From Saccharospirillaceae bacterium (lineage in GTDB: Bacteria; Pseudomonadota; Gammaproteobacteria; Pseudomonadales; Natronospirillaceae), in assembly GCA_007116635.1 (NCBI GenBank), contig SKIB01000023.1, positions 17,505 to 41,504 of the forward strand: a stretch of DNA of 24,000 bases. The letters are read 5' to 3'. Numbering within the stretch: position 1 is the first letter of the stretch; every line of letters begins with the position of its first letter. A model generated the notes under the pieces. It searched no databases. It saw nothing but the letters and a program-made list of their open reading frames with translations, and was not told the DNA's origin. Positions 1-6,673 of this stretch are shown in pieces. The position numbers were made by a program, and so were the translations under genes.

Positions 1-851
1 TAAAGATCAATGGGGGGGAGTACTTGGATTAGGTCCATGTTGGACTGGAAGTAAGCATCAATTGTACCTACATCACGCCAGTAGCCTCGGCTGTTCTCAG
101 GCTCACCACGGATGCTATTGGTGGAAAAGTCATACACATAAACATCGCCGCTTGGCCAAAGCTTGGGAATGATGTTGTGGCCAAAATCATGTAGAGAGTC
201 GACTTCCTGAGCATCCTCGATTAGTGAAGCGCGCAACACCTTGGCATCAAAGACATAGTTGCCCATCGAAGCCAGTACCCAACCTGGGCGGCCAGGGATC
301 TCTTTGGCGCCATTTTTGGGCTTTTCTTGGAAGCCAATCATTTTGCCAGTTTCATCTACCTCGATAATGCCAAACTGGTTGGCTTGATCAATGGGTACAG
401 GAATGGCAGCAACTGTCAGTACGGCGCTGTTGTCGCGGTGGAAATTGATCATTTGACGGATGTCCATCTTATAGATATGGTCGCCACCAAATACGCAAAC
501 TATCTCTGGGTCTAGGCCATCGATGACATGCAGGTTTTGATAGATGGCGTCCGCCGTGCCTTGATACCAGTGTCTGCCGGTTTGCATTTGGGCTGGAATT
601 GGGTCGATGAACCTATTGGTCAATCCCGAAACGCTCCAGCGCCTGGACATATGTTTAAGTAGTGAGTGTGATTTGAATTGCGTTAAGACAAAGATCTGTA
701 ACAGATCACTGTTAACAAAATTGTTAAGTACAAAGTCAAGAATACGATAACTGCCACCAAAGGGTACCGCTGGCTTGGCTCGGTAACTGGTTAGTGGAGC
801 AAGACGTGTGCCTTCTCCGCCTGCAAGGATCATGGATAAAACGCCGGACAT
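1..851 (-). CDS. glgC: Glucose-1-phosphate adenylyltransferase (ADP-glucose pyrophosphorylase), N-terminal ~283 codons; the 3' end runs off the left edge
   Basis: Absent from the ORF track because no stop lies in the window. My reverse-complement translation from the ATG at 851..849 reads MSGVLSMILAGGEGTRLAPLTSYRAKPAVPFGGSYRILDFVLNNFVNSD...GGDHIYKMD...YWRDVGTIDAYFQSNMDL. These are classic GlgC motifs (ILAGGxGxRL, KPAVPFGG, WRDVGT). GAGGG lies 4 nt upstream of the ATG. Confidence 0.9.
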   Translation of the reverse strand, partial: MSGVLSMILAGGEGTRLAPLTSYRAKPAVPFGGSYRILDFVLNNFVNSDLLQIFVLTQFKSHSLLKHMSRRWSVSGLTNRFIDPIPAQMQTGRHWYQGTADAIYQNLHVIDGLDPEIVCVFGGDHIYKMDIRQMINFHRDNSAVLTVAAIPVPIDQANQFGIIEVDETGKMIGFQEKPKNGAKEIPGRPGWVLASMGNYVFDAKVLRASLIEDAQEVDSLHDFGHNIIPKLWPSGDVYVYDFSTNSIRGEPENSRGYWRDVGTIDAYFQSNMDLIQVLPPIDL

Positions 852-898
852 TATTCCCTCGTTATTTCGTAGTTGTGTAGCCTGCTAATGCAGGTCAA

Positions 899-927
899 AT
901 ATTAGGTTTAAGAAAAACTGTGATCAA
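899..927 (-). promoter_or_regulatory. Candidate sigma-70 promoter for glgC (TTGATC-N17-TAATAT on the minus strand)
   Basis: The reverse complement of 922..927 is TTGATC. A 17-nt spacer follows, and the reverse complement of 899..904 is TAATAT. This places a start about 40 nt upstream of the glgC ATG. By-eye hexamer match only. Confidence 0.3.
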
Positions 928-949
928 ACAGTGAGTTTCTGTATTTAGT

Positions 950-1102
950 TTAAACATAATTTTCAAATTGTGATAGGGATATCAAGCTGAAAAACACGTC
1001 ACTAAACTGCACTGGCTCACGGTTTTGTTCGATCCAAAAAAGTCCAAAGATCAGTAGCATTACCACTACCAAAAAAATCAGTAACTTTAGTTGCTGTTTC
1101 AC
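950..1102 (-). CDS. Possible 50-aa single-pass membrane micro-protein (hypothetical)
   Basis: Below the track's length cut-off. The reverse complement reads GTG AAA CAG ... GTT TAA, giving MKQQLKLLIFLVVVMLLIFGLFWIEQNREPVQFSDVFFSLISLSQFENYV. It has a Lys-rich N-terminus followed by a ~19-residue hydrophobic helix. AAGGGGG sits about 5 nt upstream of the GTG. I recognise no homolog. Confidence 0.25.
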   Translation of the reverse strand: MKQQLKLLIFLVVVMLLIFGLFWIEQNREPVQFSDVFFSLISLSQFENYV

Positions 1103-1175
1103 CTGTGCCCCCTTGATAGTGTTTTCATTCTACTGAGTCTGTTACCATAGCAACTAGTGAGCTATGGAGTCACCT

Positions 1176-1619
1176 ATGTTTCGTGAAATCTTGCATAAAA
1201 AAATTTTTGCATCCATGTTGTTGCTTTCTGCTGCTATCTCATCGGCGCAGCCTTTAGCTTTGCCTGCTGGCAATGAGTTACGACTGCTAAGTTTAAACAC
1301 TGTTACAGTCAACCAAGGTGAGCAAATTGAAGCCATTCTCAAGCCCTTGTCTGATACTCTTGAGTTGCCTGATTATTGTATTTTAAGTGCACGCTTATCA
1401 CTGACAGCAGCGGGTGGTATTTTGACCACTGACAATGTGCTTTGTGTTGATGATGAAAAAAGAGTACTGCGTGCTCAATGGCAGCAGTTGATTTCAGCAC
1501 AGGACAGTACTTCTGTAATTGAGCTAGATTGTGTGACTCAGAGTTGCCAGCAGGCCCAGCTTGTACCTGGTAGAGAATTCTATTTGGTTTTAGAACAAGA
1601 TTTGATTCTTCATCCTTGA
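1176..1619 (+). CDS. Hypothetical secreted/periplasmic protein with four Cys and no recognised family
   Basis: This is track ORF 1164..1619. I prefer the ATG at 1176 because GGAG (1166..1169) lies 6 nt upstream. That start gives a textbook signal peptide, MFREILHKKIFASMLLLSAAISSA|QP. A hairpin terminator follows. Confidence 0.7.
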   Translation: MFREILHKKIFASMLLLSAAISSAQPLALPAGNELRLLSLNTVTVNQGEQIEAILKPLSDTLELPDYCILSARLSLTAAGGILTTDNVLCVDDEKRVLRAQWQQLISAQDSTSVIELDCVTQSCQQAQLVPGREFYLVLEQDLILHP

Positions 1620-1624
1620 TATAA

Positions 1625-1648
1625 AAAACGCCCGAACTAGGGCGTTTT
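1625..1648. terminator. Bidirectional rho-independent terminator between convergent genes
   Basis: AAAACGCCC (1625..1633), loop GAACTA, then GGGCGTTTT (1640..1648). The A-tract on one side and T-tract on the other let it serve both the + gene ending at 1619 and chrR ending at 1664. Confidence 0.7.
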
Positions 1649-1663
1649 ATGATTTGGTGCTTT

Positions 1664-2302
1664 TTATAGCTTACTGATAAAACTATAAATAGGACCCATA
1701 GGACCTGAAAACTTCAAATTGTTCTCAACATAGGTTAGACAAATACAGTCTTCGTTTGCTGCAGCTACGGGTGCGTGATGGTCATGATCCTCTCTGACCA
1801 CCAGATCGCCACAATGATAGTTGCCGTAACTGTCAGAAAAGCCCCCTTGTAGCACCAGTGTCCATTCTTCGCCATGATGATGATGCACAGGAATCTTTGC
1901 TCCGGCGCGAATGCGTAACAGGGAAAGATTGCTCATATCAGGGTCAGCATTATTAAGTTTGGCGTTTTTAACTGGACCAACGCCTGACCATGATTGGTGT
2001 TCAAAGCCTTGGGGGAAGAGTCGTTGCATTAGGCTTTGCTTGCGTTTTACTGGGCTGGCAACAGGGGTGCTCTGGATCATTGATAGAGTATTTTGCCAAG
2101 CACTGCTCAGGTCAGAATCCTGCTCTTCTGGCTTGATATCATGCAATAATTGACCCCCTAGTGCCTCAAGCTGGTGAACTTTTTGCCGGCAGTGTGTGCA
2201 GTGTTCCAAATGCAAGGCAATCATGGTCGCTTTAGCAATAGGTAATGAACCGGCTGCATACTCGATGAGCAGGTGTTGATCAGGATGAAAAATTGCTGTC
2301 AT
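1664..2302 (-). CDS. chrR: ChrR-type anti-sigma factor (zinc anti-sigma domain plus C-terminal cupin)
   Basis: N-terminal HLEHCTHC matches the H-x3-C-x2-C ZAS motif. The C-terminal part has a cupin-like metal motif, VHHHHGEEW ... HDHHAP. The track start at 2308 is a TTG. I use the ATG at 2302..2300, which overlaps the sigma-factor stop in an ATGA junction. Confidence 0.85.
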   Translation of the reverse strand: MTAIFHPDQHLLIEYAAGSLPIAKATMIALHLEHCTHCRQKVHQLEALGGQLLHDIKPEEQDSDLSSAWQNTLSMIQSTPVASPVKRKQSLMQRLFPQGFEHQSWSGVGPVKNAKLNNADPDMSNLSLLRIRAGAKIPVHHHHGEEWTLVLQGGFSDSYGNYHCGDLVVREDHDHHAPVAAANEDCICLTYVENNLKFSGPMGPIYSFISKL

Positions 2303-2913
2303 TGCCAAGGCTCCATCATAATTTTTAACTTTCCAAGGGCTAAACGGACCCGGCTCTTAACTGTACCCAGAGGTATGCCAAGCTCGCTGGCGACATCTTG
2401 ATGCGATTTTTCTTCCATGTAAACTTTACCCAGAACTTCTCGTTGCTCTTCGGGTAGAGACATAAGATGGCCGCGTATTAGTTTTTCAGTATGCTTACGC
2501 TGAACATCGACCACTGGCCCATCCACTTCTGGTTCTTCCCATACGTCTTCACTTGATACTTCAAAGCGTTGGCGACTGGTTCTTCTCAGCATGTCAATGC
2601 GTTGGTTGCGAGCAATGGTGAATATCCAGGTGCTGGCTTTTGCTTTAGTGCGATCGTACTGATGCGCCTTGCGCCAAACGGAAGTCATAACCTCTTGTAC
2701 AAGCTCGTCTGGGAAATTTTCACCGAGCTTGGAAATACCATTAACGCGTGCAAAACCTTTGATTTGAGGTGCAAAATGGTTAAATATGGCTTCGAAAGCC
2801 TTAATGTCTTGCTTGATGGCTACTTTTTCTAAAAGAGCTGCAAACTGGTCTTCCTTGTGTTCCATGGGTATTACCTTGGCCATTGGGGAAGACGACTTTA
2901 ACAAGCTGTTCAT
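2299..2913 (-). CDS. ECF (sigma-70 family, group 4) RNA polymerase sigma factor, the ChrR partner
   Basis: Region 2 (DELVQEVMTSVWRKAHQYD) and the region 4 HTH (SHQDVASELGIPLGTVKSRVRLAL) are both present. It sits directly upstream of chrR and is translationally coupled to it. AGGAGG (reverse complement of 2921..2926) is only 1 nt from the track's ATG at 2919 but 7 nt from the in-frame ATG at 2913, so I call 2913. Confidence 0.9.
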   Translation of the reverse strand: MNSLLKSSSPMAKVIPMEHKEDQFAALLEKVAIKQDIKAFEAIFNHFAPQIKGFARVNGISKLGENFPDELVQEVMTSVWRKAHQYDRTKAKASTWIFTIARNQRIDMLRRTSRQRFEVSSEDVWEEPEVDGPVVDVQRKHTEKLIRGHLMSLPEEQREVLGKVYMEEKSHQDVASELGIPLGTVKSRVRLALGKLKIMMEPWQ

Positions 2914-2941
2914 GGACATGCCTCCTATATTTGCTGGTTAA

Positions 2942-2967
2942 TACGAGGTTGCAAGGCAAATGGATGA
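2942..2967 (-). promoter_or_regulatory. Candidate ECF-type autoregulatory promoter (TCATCC-N16-CGTA)
   Basis: The minus strand reads TGA TCATCC atttgccttgcaacct CGTATTAA, placing the start about 20 nt upstream of the AGGAGG. From memory, RpoE/ChrR-type ECF promoters have a TGATCC-like -35 and a CGTA-containing -10. The -35 abuts the darP stop codon (TGATCATCC). Confidence 0.35.
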
Positions 2968-3471
2968 TCAGTTTAGGATAATCGCCTTCAGTAATTTAAA
3001 TAATTTCTTACTAGCTTGTGAATTAAGCTCTGGTTGCCCCTCTTTGATGGGGGTATTTTTAAGCGCTTGTCGTAGGCTTTGTAGGTCAGTACATTGATAA
3101 TGATTGACGAACTCGGTCAATGAGCTTGGCTCTGTTAATAGCTTGGCTCGCCAGTGTTCAACCTCGGCAAATTGTCGTTGATGATCAAGGCTGCTGGAGG
3201 ACTGAGCCTCTAACAGAGCTCGTATTTGCTCAATATCTTCTGCTCGAATCAGTTTGCCTAGATACTGCATATGTCGGCGCTTGGCTTCGCGTGCAGTGAT
3301 CTTTTGGCAATCATCTAAGGCTTTGTGTAGGTTTGCTCCTAGGTTCAGCTCTTGCCAGAGATTGGGTTTTGCTGCTGCTAACTGTTCTGCAAGCCGCTGC
3401 AATTCATGCATTTCTCTTTTGCGGCTGCTTTTGGATTCAAGGTTGTCTTCCTCTGTTGACCACTCATTCAT
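2968..3471 (-). CDS. darP: Ribosome-associated YjgA/DarP family protein (DUF615)
   Basis: The acidic N-terminus, SRKREMHELQRLAEQL and RRHMQYLGKLIR align by eye with E. coli YjgA (SKSEIKRDAEELKRLG, RRRQLQLIGKMLR). The track start at 3489 is a TTG. The ATG at 3471 lies 1 nt after the ptsO stop. Confidence 0.85.
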   Translation of the reverse strand: MNEWSTEEDNLESKSSRKREMHELQRLAEQLAAAKPNLWQELNLGANLHKALDDCQKITAREAKRRHMQYLGKLIRAEDIEQIRALLEAQSSSSLDHQRQFAEVEHWRAKLLTEPSSLTEFVNHYQCTDLQSLRQALKNTPIKEGQPELNSQASKKLFKLLKAIILN

Positions 3472-3472
3472 A

Positions 3473-3754
3473 CTAGTTTTCTTCTTCAAAACGGTTGTTA
3501 ATTAATTCCGTTAGGGCATCCAAAACTTCTGTTGCTTGTCTACCTTTGGCAACTAATTCGATTTCATTGCCAACGCCTGCGCCAAGCATCATAACAGCCA
3601 TTAGACTATGGGCCTTTACTTCTTTGCCCTTAAAGCGTAGTAGTACCTCTGCTTCAAAGCAGTTGCAGGTGGCTACTAGCTTGGTGGCAGCTCTTGCATG
3701 CAGTCCACGCATATTTAATAGAGTAACGACTCTAGTATGACTCGTGGCTGTCAT
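3473..3754 (-). CDS. ptsO: HPr-like phosphocarrier NPr of the nitrogen PTS
   Basis: MTATSHTRVVTLLNMRGLHARAATKLV carries the HPr/NPr active-site motif G-[LM]-H-A-R. It is 93 aa and occupies the canonical position after ptsN-rapZ. I trimmed the track ORF (from 3862) to the ATG at 3754. Confidence 0.85.
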   Translation of the reverse strand: MTATSHTRVVTLLNMRGLHARAATKLVATCNCFEAEVLLRFKGKEVKAHSLMAVMMLGAGVGNEIELVAKGRQATEVLDALTELINNRFEEEN

Positions 3755-4121
3755 GGTGCAAATCTCGATGCTGACATTGACAGTTCTGATCCAGTTCTTG
3801 AAAGCGTAAATAAAGTTGATTGCAAAGGTAAACAGAACGGTGCCTGCCTCCGGTGCATCCAATGGCTATTATAAGCTCTGATTTGCCCTTAGTCTGAAAT
3901 AAATGCAAATTATGCTTGGTCAAACCGAAAAACAATTCAAGTTGTTGTTGGCAGTGTGGGTCTTGAGCAAAAAACTCGGTGATAGGTTGCTCAAGGCCAC
4001 TGAAGCCCCTGAGGCTCTTAACCCAGTAGGGATTATTAAGTCCTCTGGCATCCAATACGAAATGAGCATCTGGAGCTGGAGCAAACTTCCGGCCGAAACT
4101 GATAAGTTTTAATTCAATCAT
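3732..4121 (-). CDS. rapZ: RapZ/YhbJ homolog consisting only of the C-terminal (RNA-binding, PFK-like) domain
   Basis: ISFGRKFAPAPDAHFVLDARGLNNPYW...LRGFSGL and IAIGCTGGRHRSVY align with E. coli RapZ residues ~155-284 ([39 protein letters not shown]). No Walker A half is present. The start is the ATG at 4121 (or GTG at 4124) and overlaps the ptsN stop. Confidence 0.85.
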   Translation of the reverse strand: MIELKLISFGRKFAPAPDAHFVLDARGLNNPYWVKSLRGFSGLEQPITEFFAQDPHCQQQLELFFGLTKHNLHLFQTKGKSELIIAIGCTGGRHRSVYLCNQLYLRFQELDQNCQCQHRDLHHDSHESY

Positions 4122-4585
4122 CACTGACTTTGAAAATAATTAAACAGTTCGTCGGCGTCTTTAGTATTGCGTAACTCTTGTGCAAGATTCTGCTGCTCAA
4201 GCTGTTCAGCAAGGTCAGCTAGAATGGCTAAGTGGGTAGCGTTGGAGTCTTGAGGAACAAGTAAAACAAAAACCAGATCAACTGGCTGTTGATCCATGGC
4301 ATCAAAGTCTACGGCTTGACTAAAGCGTATTAGGGCCGCCTTGGGCTCGGTTACTTCTTTAAGTCGACAGTGAGGGATGGCAATGCCGTCACCAAAGCCA
4401 GTGGTGCCAAGTCTCTCTCTACTTTGTAGTGCATCAAAAATGGCAGTGGCCGTCATGCTGGGTATGCTGGAATCCAGTAGTTGACTGATTTGTTCCAGCG
4501 CTTTTTTCTTACTTAAACTAGAAGGAGCACACACAAAGGTGCACTCCTTAGTTAGATAGTTGGCAAATCTTGGCATAGATGACAT
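4121..4585 (-). CDS. ptsN: Nitrogen-regulatory PTS protein EIIA-Ntr
   Basis: GTTGFGDGIAIPHCRL contains the phospho-His motif and QPVDLVFVLLVP is also conserved. It is 154 aa, and its ATG overlaps the hpf stop (TAATG). Confidence 0.92.
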   Translation of the reverse strand: MSSMPRFANYLTKECTFVCAPSSLSKKKALEQISQLLDSSIPSMTATAIFDALQSRERLGTTGFGDGIAIPHCRLKEVTEPKAALIRFSQAVDFDAMDQQPVDLVFVLLVPQDSNATHLAILADLAEQLEQQNLAQELRNTKDADELFNYFQSQ

Positions 4586-4884
4586 TAGCTGCCGTGTTGG
4601 CGAGCAATACCCTTTTCTTTATGTTTGAGTAATTGTCGGTCTATTTTGTCGCTAAGTAAATCAAGAGCAGCATATAAATCGTCATGCTCGCTGTCAGCGT
4701 GGATTTGCGTGCCTGGAATATTGAGGATCATCTCGGCGTATTGGCGGTTTTTGTTGACCGTAAGGGTGACTTGGACATTGGTGATCTGATCATAATGACG
4801 CTGAATTCTCTCCAGCTTGCTGTGTATATAGGCTTTAAGGGCATCTGTGACTTCTAGGTGTTGACCACTGATGTTTATTTGCAT
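4585..4884 (-). CDS. hpf: Ribosome hibernation promoting factor (sigma-54 modulation protein family, short form)
   Basis: MQINISGQHLEVTDALKAYIHSKLERI... is typical of HPF/YhbH. TAAGGAG lies 6 nt upstream of the ATG at 4884. The track start at 4923 is an upstream extension. Confidence 0.92.
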   Translation of the reverse strand: MQINISGQHLEVTDALKAYIHSKLERIQRHYDQITNVQVTLTVNKNRQYAEMILNIPGTQIHADSEHDDLYAALDLLSDKIDRQLLKHKEKGIARQHGS

Positions 4885-4894
4885 AGCAGGCTCC

Positions 4895-5101
4895 TTAGTT
4901 GGGTTGAGAAAATAGCTTCTCAATCATGAGTTTAGCCAAATCACTACAAATGACCAGTGCCAAACGGTAATCTGATGCACAACAAGCTGCTTTATCGACC
5001 CAAGTCAGCATTAGCAGCGAGCTAAATTGCTTGGCGATCTGTTCATGCATCCAATGAGCCACTCCTTGACCTTTCACTTGACCTTTCACTTGACCTTTCA
5101 T
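4895..5101 (-). CDS. Candidate 68-codon ORF filling the rpoN-hpf spacer (hypothetical; may be non-coding)
   Basis: Track ORF MKGQVKGQVKGQGVAHWMHEQIAKQFSS...KLFSQPN. It starts 16 nt after the rpoN stop, and its TAA lies inside the hpf SD (TAAGGAG). There is no SD before the first ATG. An internal AAGGAG lies 11 nt before the ATG encoding M18. I recognise no homolog. Confidence 0.3.
   Translation of the reverse strand: MKGQVKGQVKGQGVAHWMHEQIAKQFSSLLMLTWVDKAACCASDYRLALVICSDLAKLMIEKLFSQPN
4904..4923 (-). promoter_or_regulatory. 7-bp hairpin just upstream of the hpf Shine-Dalgarno
   Basis: TTGAGAA (4904..4910), loop AATAGC, then TTCTCAA (4917..4923). No U-tract follows, so it is not a canonical terminator. 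Function unknown. Confidence 0.3.
5065..5100. repeat. Perfect tandem repeat, 3 x 12 nt (CTTGACCTTTCA on +; TGAAAGGTCAAG on -)
   Basis: Read directly: 5065..5076, 5077..5088 and 5089..5100 are identical. On the minus strand the repeat would encode (KGQV)x3 in the candidate ORF. Confidence 0.95.
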
Positions 5102-5117
5102 CTGTGCTTGAACGCTA

Positions 5118-6632
5118 TCAGGTTAGGCTCTTGCGTTCATTGGAAGGAGCAATGTTCATCGACTCTCGGTATTTTGCCACTGTGCGCCTAGCAACAACGA
5201 TGCCCTTGCTTTCTAAGAGTTTGGTAAGCTTGGCGTCACTTAGGGGTTTTCGGCTGTTTTCTTCGCTGATTAACTTTTTGATCATTGCCCGAATGGCTGT
5301 ACTGGAGGCCTCACCTCCGCCAGTAGTGCTTACGTGGCTGGAAAAAAAGTACTTAAGTTCAAATAGTCCTCTGGGGGTGTGCATGAACTTTTGGTTGGTG
5401 ACGCGAGAAATTGTCGACTCATGCATGTCAATGTCGCTAGCAATGTCGGCCAGTACCATGGGCTTCATGAACTCAATGCCTTGTTTAAAAAAATCAATCT
5501 GGCGCTCAACAATTTTGCTGGCAACCTTTAATAGGGTTTCATTGCGGCTTTCAATGCTTTTAATTAACCAGCGAGCCTCCTGTAATTGATCTTTAAAATA
5601 TTGTCCATCCGATTGTCCTTTGGCCAAGGATGCATAGCTGGTGTTGATACGAATTTTGGGTGCTACTTCTGGATTCAGTTCAACTCGCCAATGATTGGTT
5701 TTCTTGTCCTTATACACCACCACATCTGGTAGGATATATTCTTCTTTGTCGGCACTGAAATCTGCGCCCGGCTTGGGTTTGAGGCTTTGAATCAGTTCAA
5801 TGGCTTCTTTTAGTTGTTGTTCACGAATGCCAAGTTGACGTAGTAGATTAGGGTAGTCTTTGCTGCCCAGTGCAGCTAGGTGTTGATCCACAAGCAAGCA
5901 GGCAAGCTGCTGGCAGTCACTTGCCGCCACTAGTTCGAGTTGTAAAAGTAGGCACTCTCGCAAGTCTCTGGCAGCTACGCCTGGCGGGTCAAATTGCTGA
6001 ATGAGTTTTAACACAGCCTCTAACTCATCAAGATCATAAGGCTCTTCGTCTGCGGTTTGTCTGTGGTTAAGATCGGTTAGGATGTCTTCAAGACTTTCGC
6101 GTAAGTATCCACTGTCGTCGATACCATCCATAATGCTGTGCGCAATTAATAGGTCTCGTTCACTCATTGGGGTCAGGTTGAGCTGCCACAAAAGTCGCTC
6201 TTGTAGGCCATCGCCAGTGCTGCCTTGGTCCTGTTGCCAATCTTCGTCACTGCTAATGCCGTGACTGGTAGGGCTGTGGGTGTAGATATCGTCCCAGTTG
6301 CTATCCACTACTAGTTCGTCTGGTATTTGTTCGCTGATGCTTAGGTCGTTGCCCTGTTCGTATTCCTCATTTGCCTGGCCGCTGCTGGCTTCACTGGTAT
6401 TCTGTGCAGATTCAGCGGCCTGCTGTTCGTTGCTAAGTGAAGAAGAAAGTTCGGTGATACTTTCCTGTTGATTGAACTCGTCCTCCTGCTCCAGAAGAGG
6501 GTTAGCATCCAGAGCCTGTTGTATTTCCTGTTGAAGTTCCAGGGTGGAGAGTTGCAACAAACGTATTGCCTGCTGCAACTGTGGCGTCATGGTTAACTGT
6601 TGCCCTAACTTGAGCTGTAAAGAAGCCTTCAT
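5118..6632 (-). CDS. rpoN: RNA polymerase sigma-54 factor
   Basis: The Gln/Leu-rich region I is MKASLQLKLGQQLTMTPQLQQAIRLLQLSTLELQQEI. An acidic region II follows, then the C-terminal RpoN box ARRTVAKYRE. 504 aa. Confidence 0.97.
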   Translation of the reverse strand: MKASLQLKLGQQLTMTPQLQQAIRLLQLSTLELQQEIQQALDANPLLEQEDEFNQQESITELSSSLSNEQQAAESAQNTSEASSGQANEEYEQGNDLSISEQIPDELVVDSNWDDIYTHSPTSHGISSDEDWQQDQGSTGDGLQERLLWQLNLTPMSERDLLIAHSIMDGIDDSGYLRESLEDILTDLNHRQTADEEPYDLDELEAVLKLIQQFDPPGVAARDLRECLLLQLELVAASDCQQLACLLVDQHLAALGSKDYPNLLRQLGIREQQLKEAIELIQSLKPKPGADFSADKEEYILPDVVVYKDKKTNHWRVELNPEVAPKIRINTSYASLAKGQSDGQYFKDQLQEARWLIKSIESRNETLLKVASKIVERQIDFFKQGIEFMKPMVLADIASDIDMHESTISRVTNQKFMHTPRGLFELKYFFSSHVSTTGGGEASSTAIRAMIKKLISEENSRKPLSDAKLTKLLESKGIVVARRTVAKYRESMNIAPSNERKSLT

Positions 6633-6654
6633 ACTGATCCTAACATCTAGCCAG

Positions 6655-6673
6655 GGCAGGCATGGTGCCTGCC
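6655..6673 (-). promoter_or_regulatory. Perfect GC-rich hairpin in the lptB-rpoN spacer
   Basis: GGCAGGCA (6655..6662), loop TGG, then TGCCTGCC (6666..6673). It lies 22 nt upstream of the rpoN ATG and has no U-tract. Function unknown. Confidence 0.4.

Noticed and set aside
12-18. A G7 homopolymer inside glgC (encodes Pro-Pro on the minus strand)
   Set aside because: Seven bases is below the length usually associated with slipped-strand phase variation. The tract simply encodes LPP in a conserved enzyme.
919-934. A CRP-like TGTGA-N6-AGTGA upstream of glgC, and a second TGTGA-N6-TATCA at about 969..984
   Set aside because: The second half-sites are direct repeats or poor matches rather than the inverted TCACA, so this is not a credible CRP operator by eye.
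3755-3862. Upstream extensions of track ORFs: ptsO (to 3862), hpf (to 4923), darP (to 3489, TTG), chrR (to 2308, TTG), gltA (to 18993), sdhA (from 19947), sdhD (from 19681, TTG) and the small ORF at 14169 (TTG)
   Set aside because: Homologous N-termini, SD spacing and canonical ATGA/TAATG/TGATG coupling junctions all favour the shorter starts reported in the feature list.
4941-4962. A sigma-54-like TGGCAC on the minus strand in the rpoN-hpf spacer (TGGCAC TGGTC ATTTGT)
   Set aside because: The -24 GG element is good. The -12 element lacks the conserved GC at the correct 10-nt phasing (ATTT where TTGC is expected). I do not call it a promoter.
5104-5589. A 161-aa ORF on the + strand opposite rpoN (also 6082..6264)
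   Set aside because: It is antisense to the unmistakable sigma-54 coding frame. The product is Ser/Leu/Arg-rich with no SD and no homolog that I recognise.
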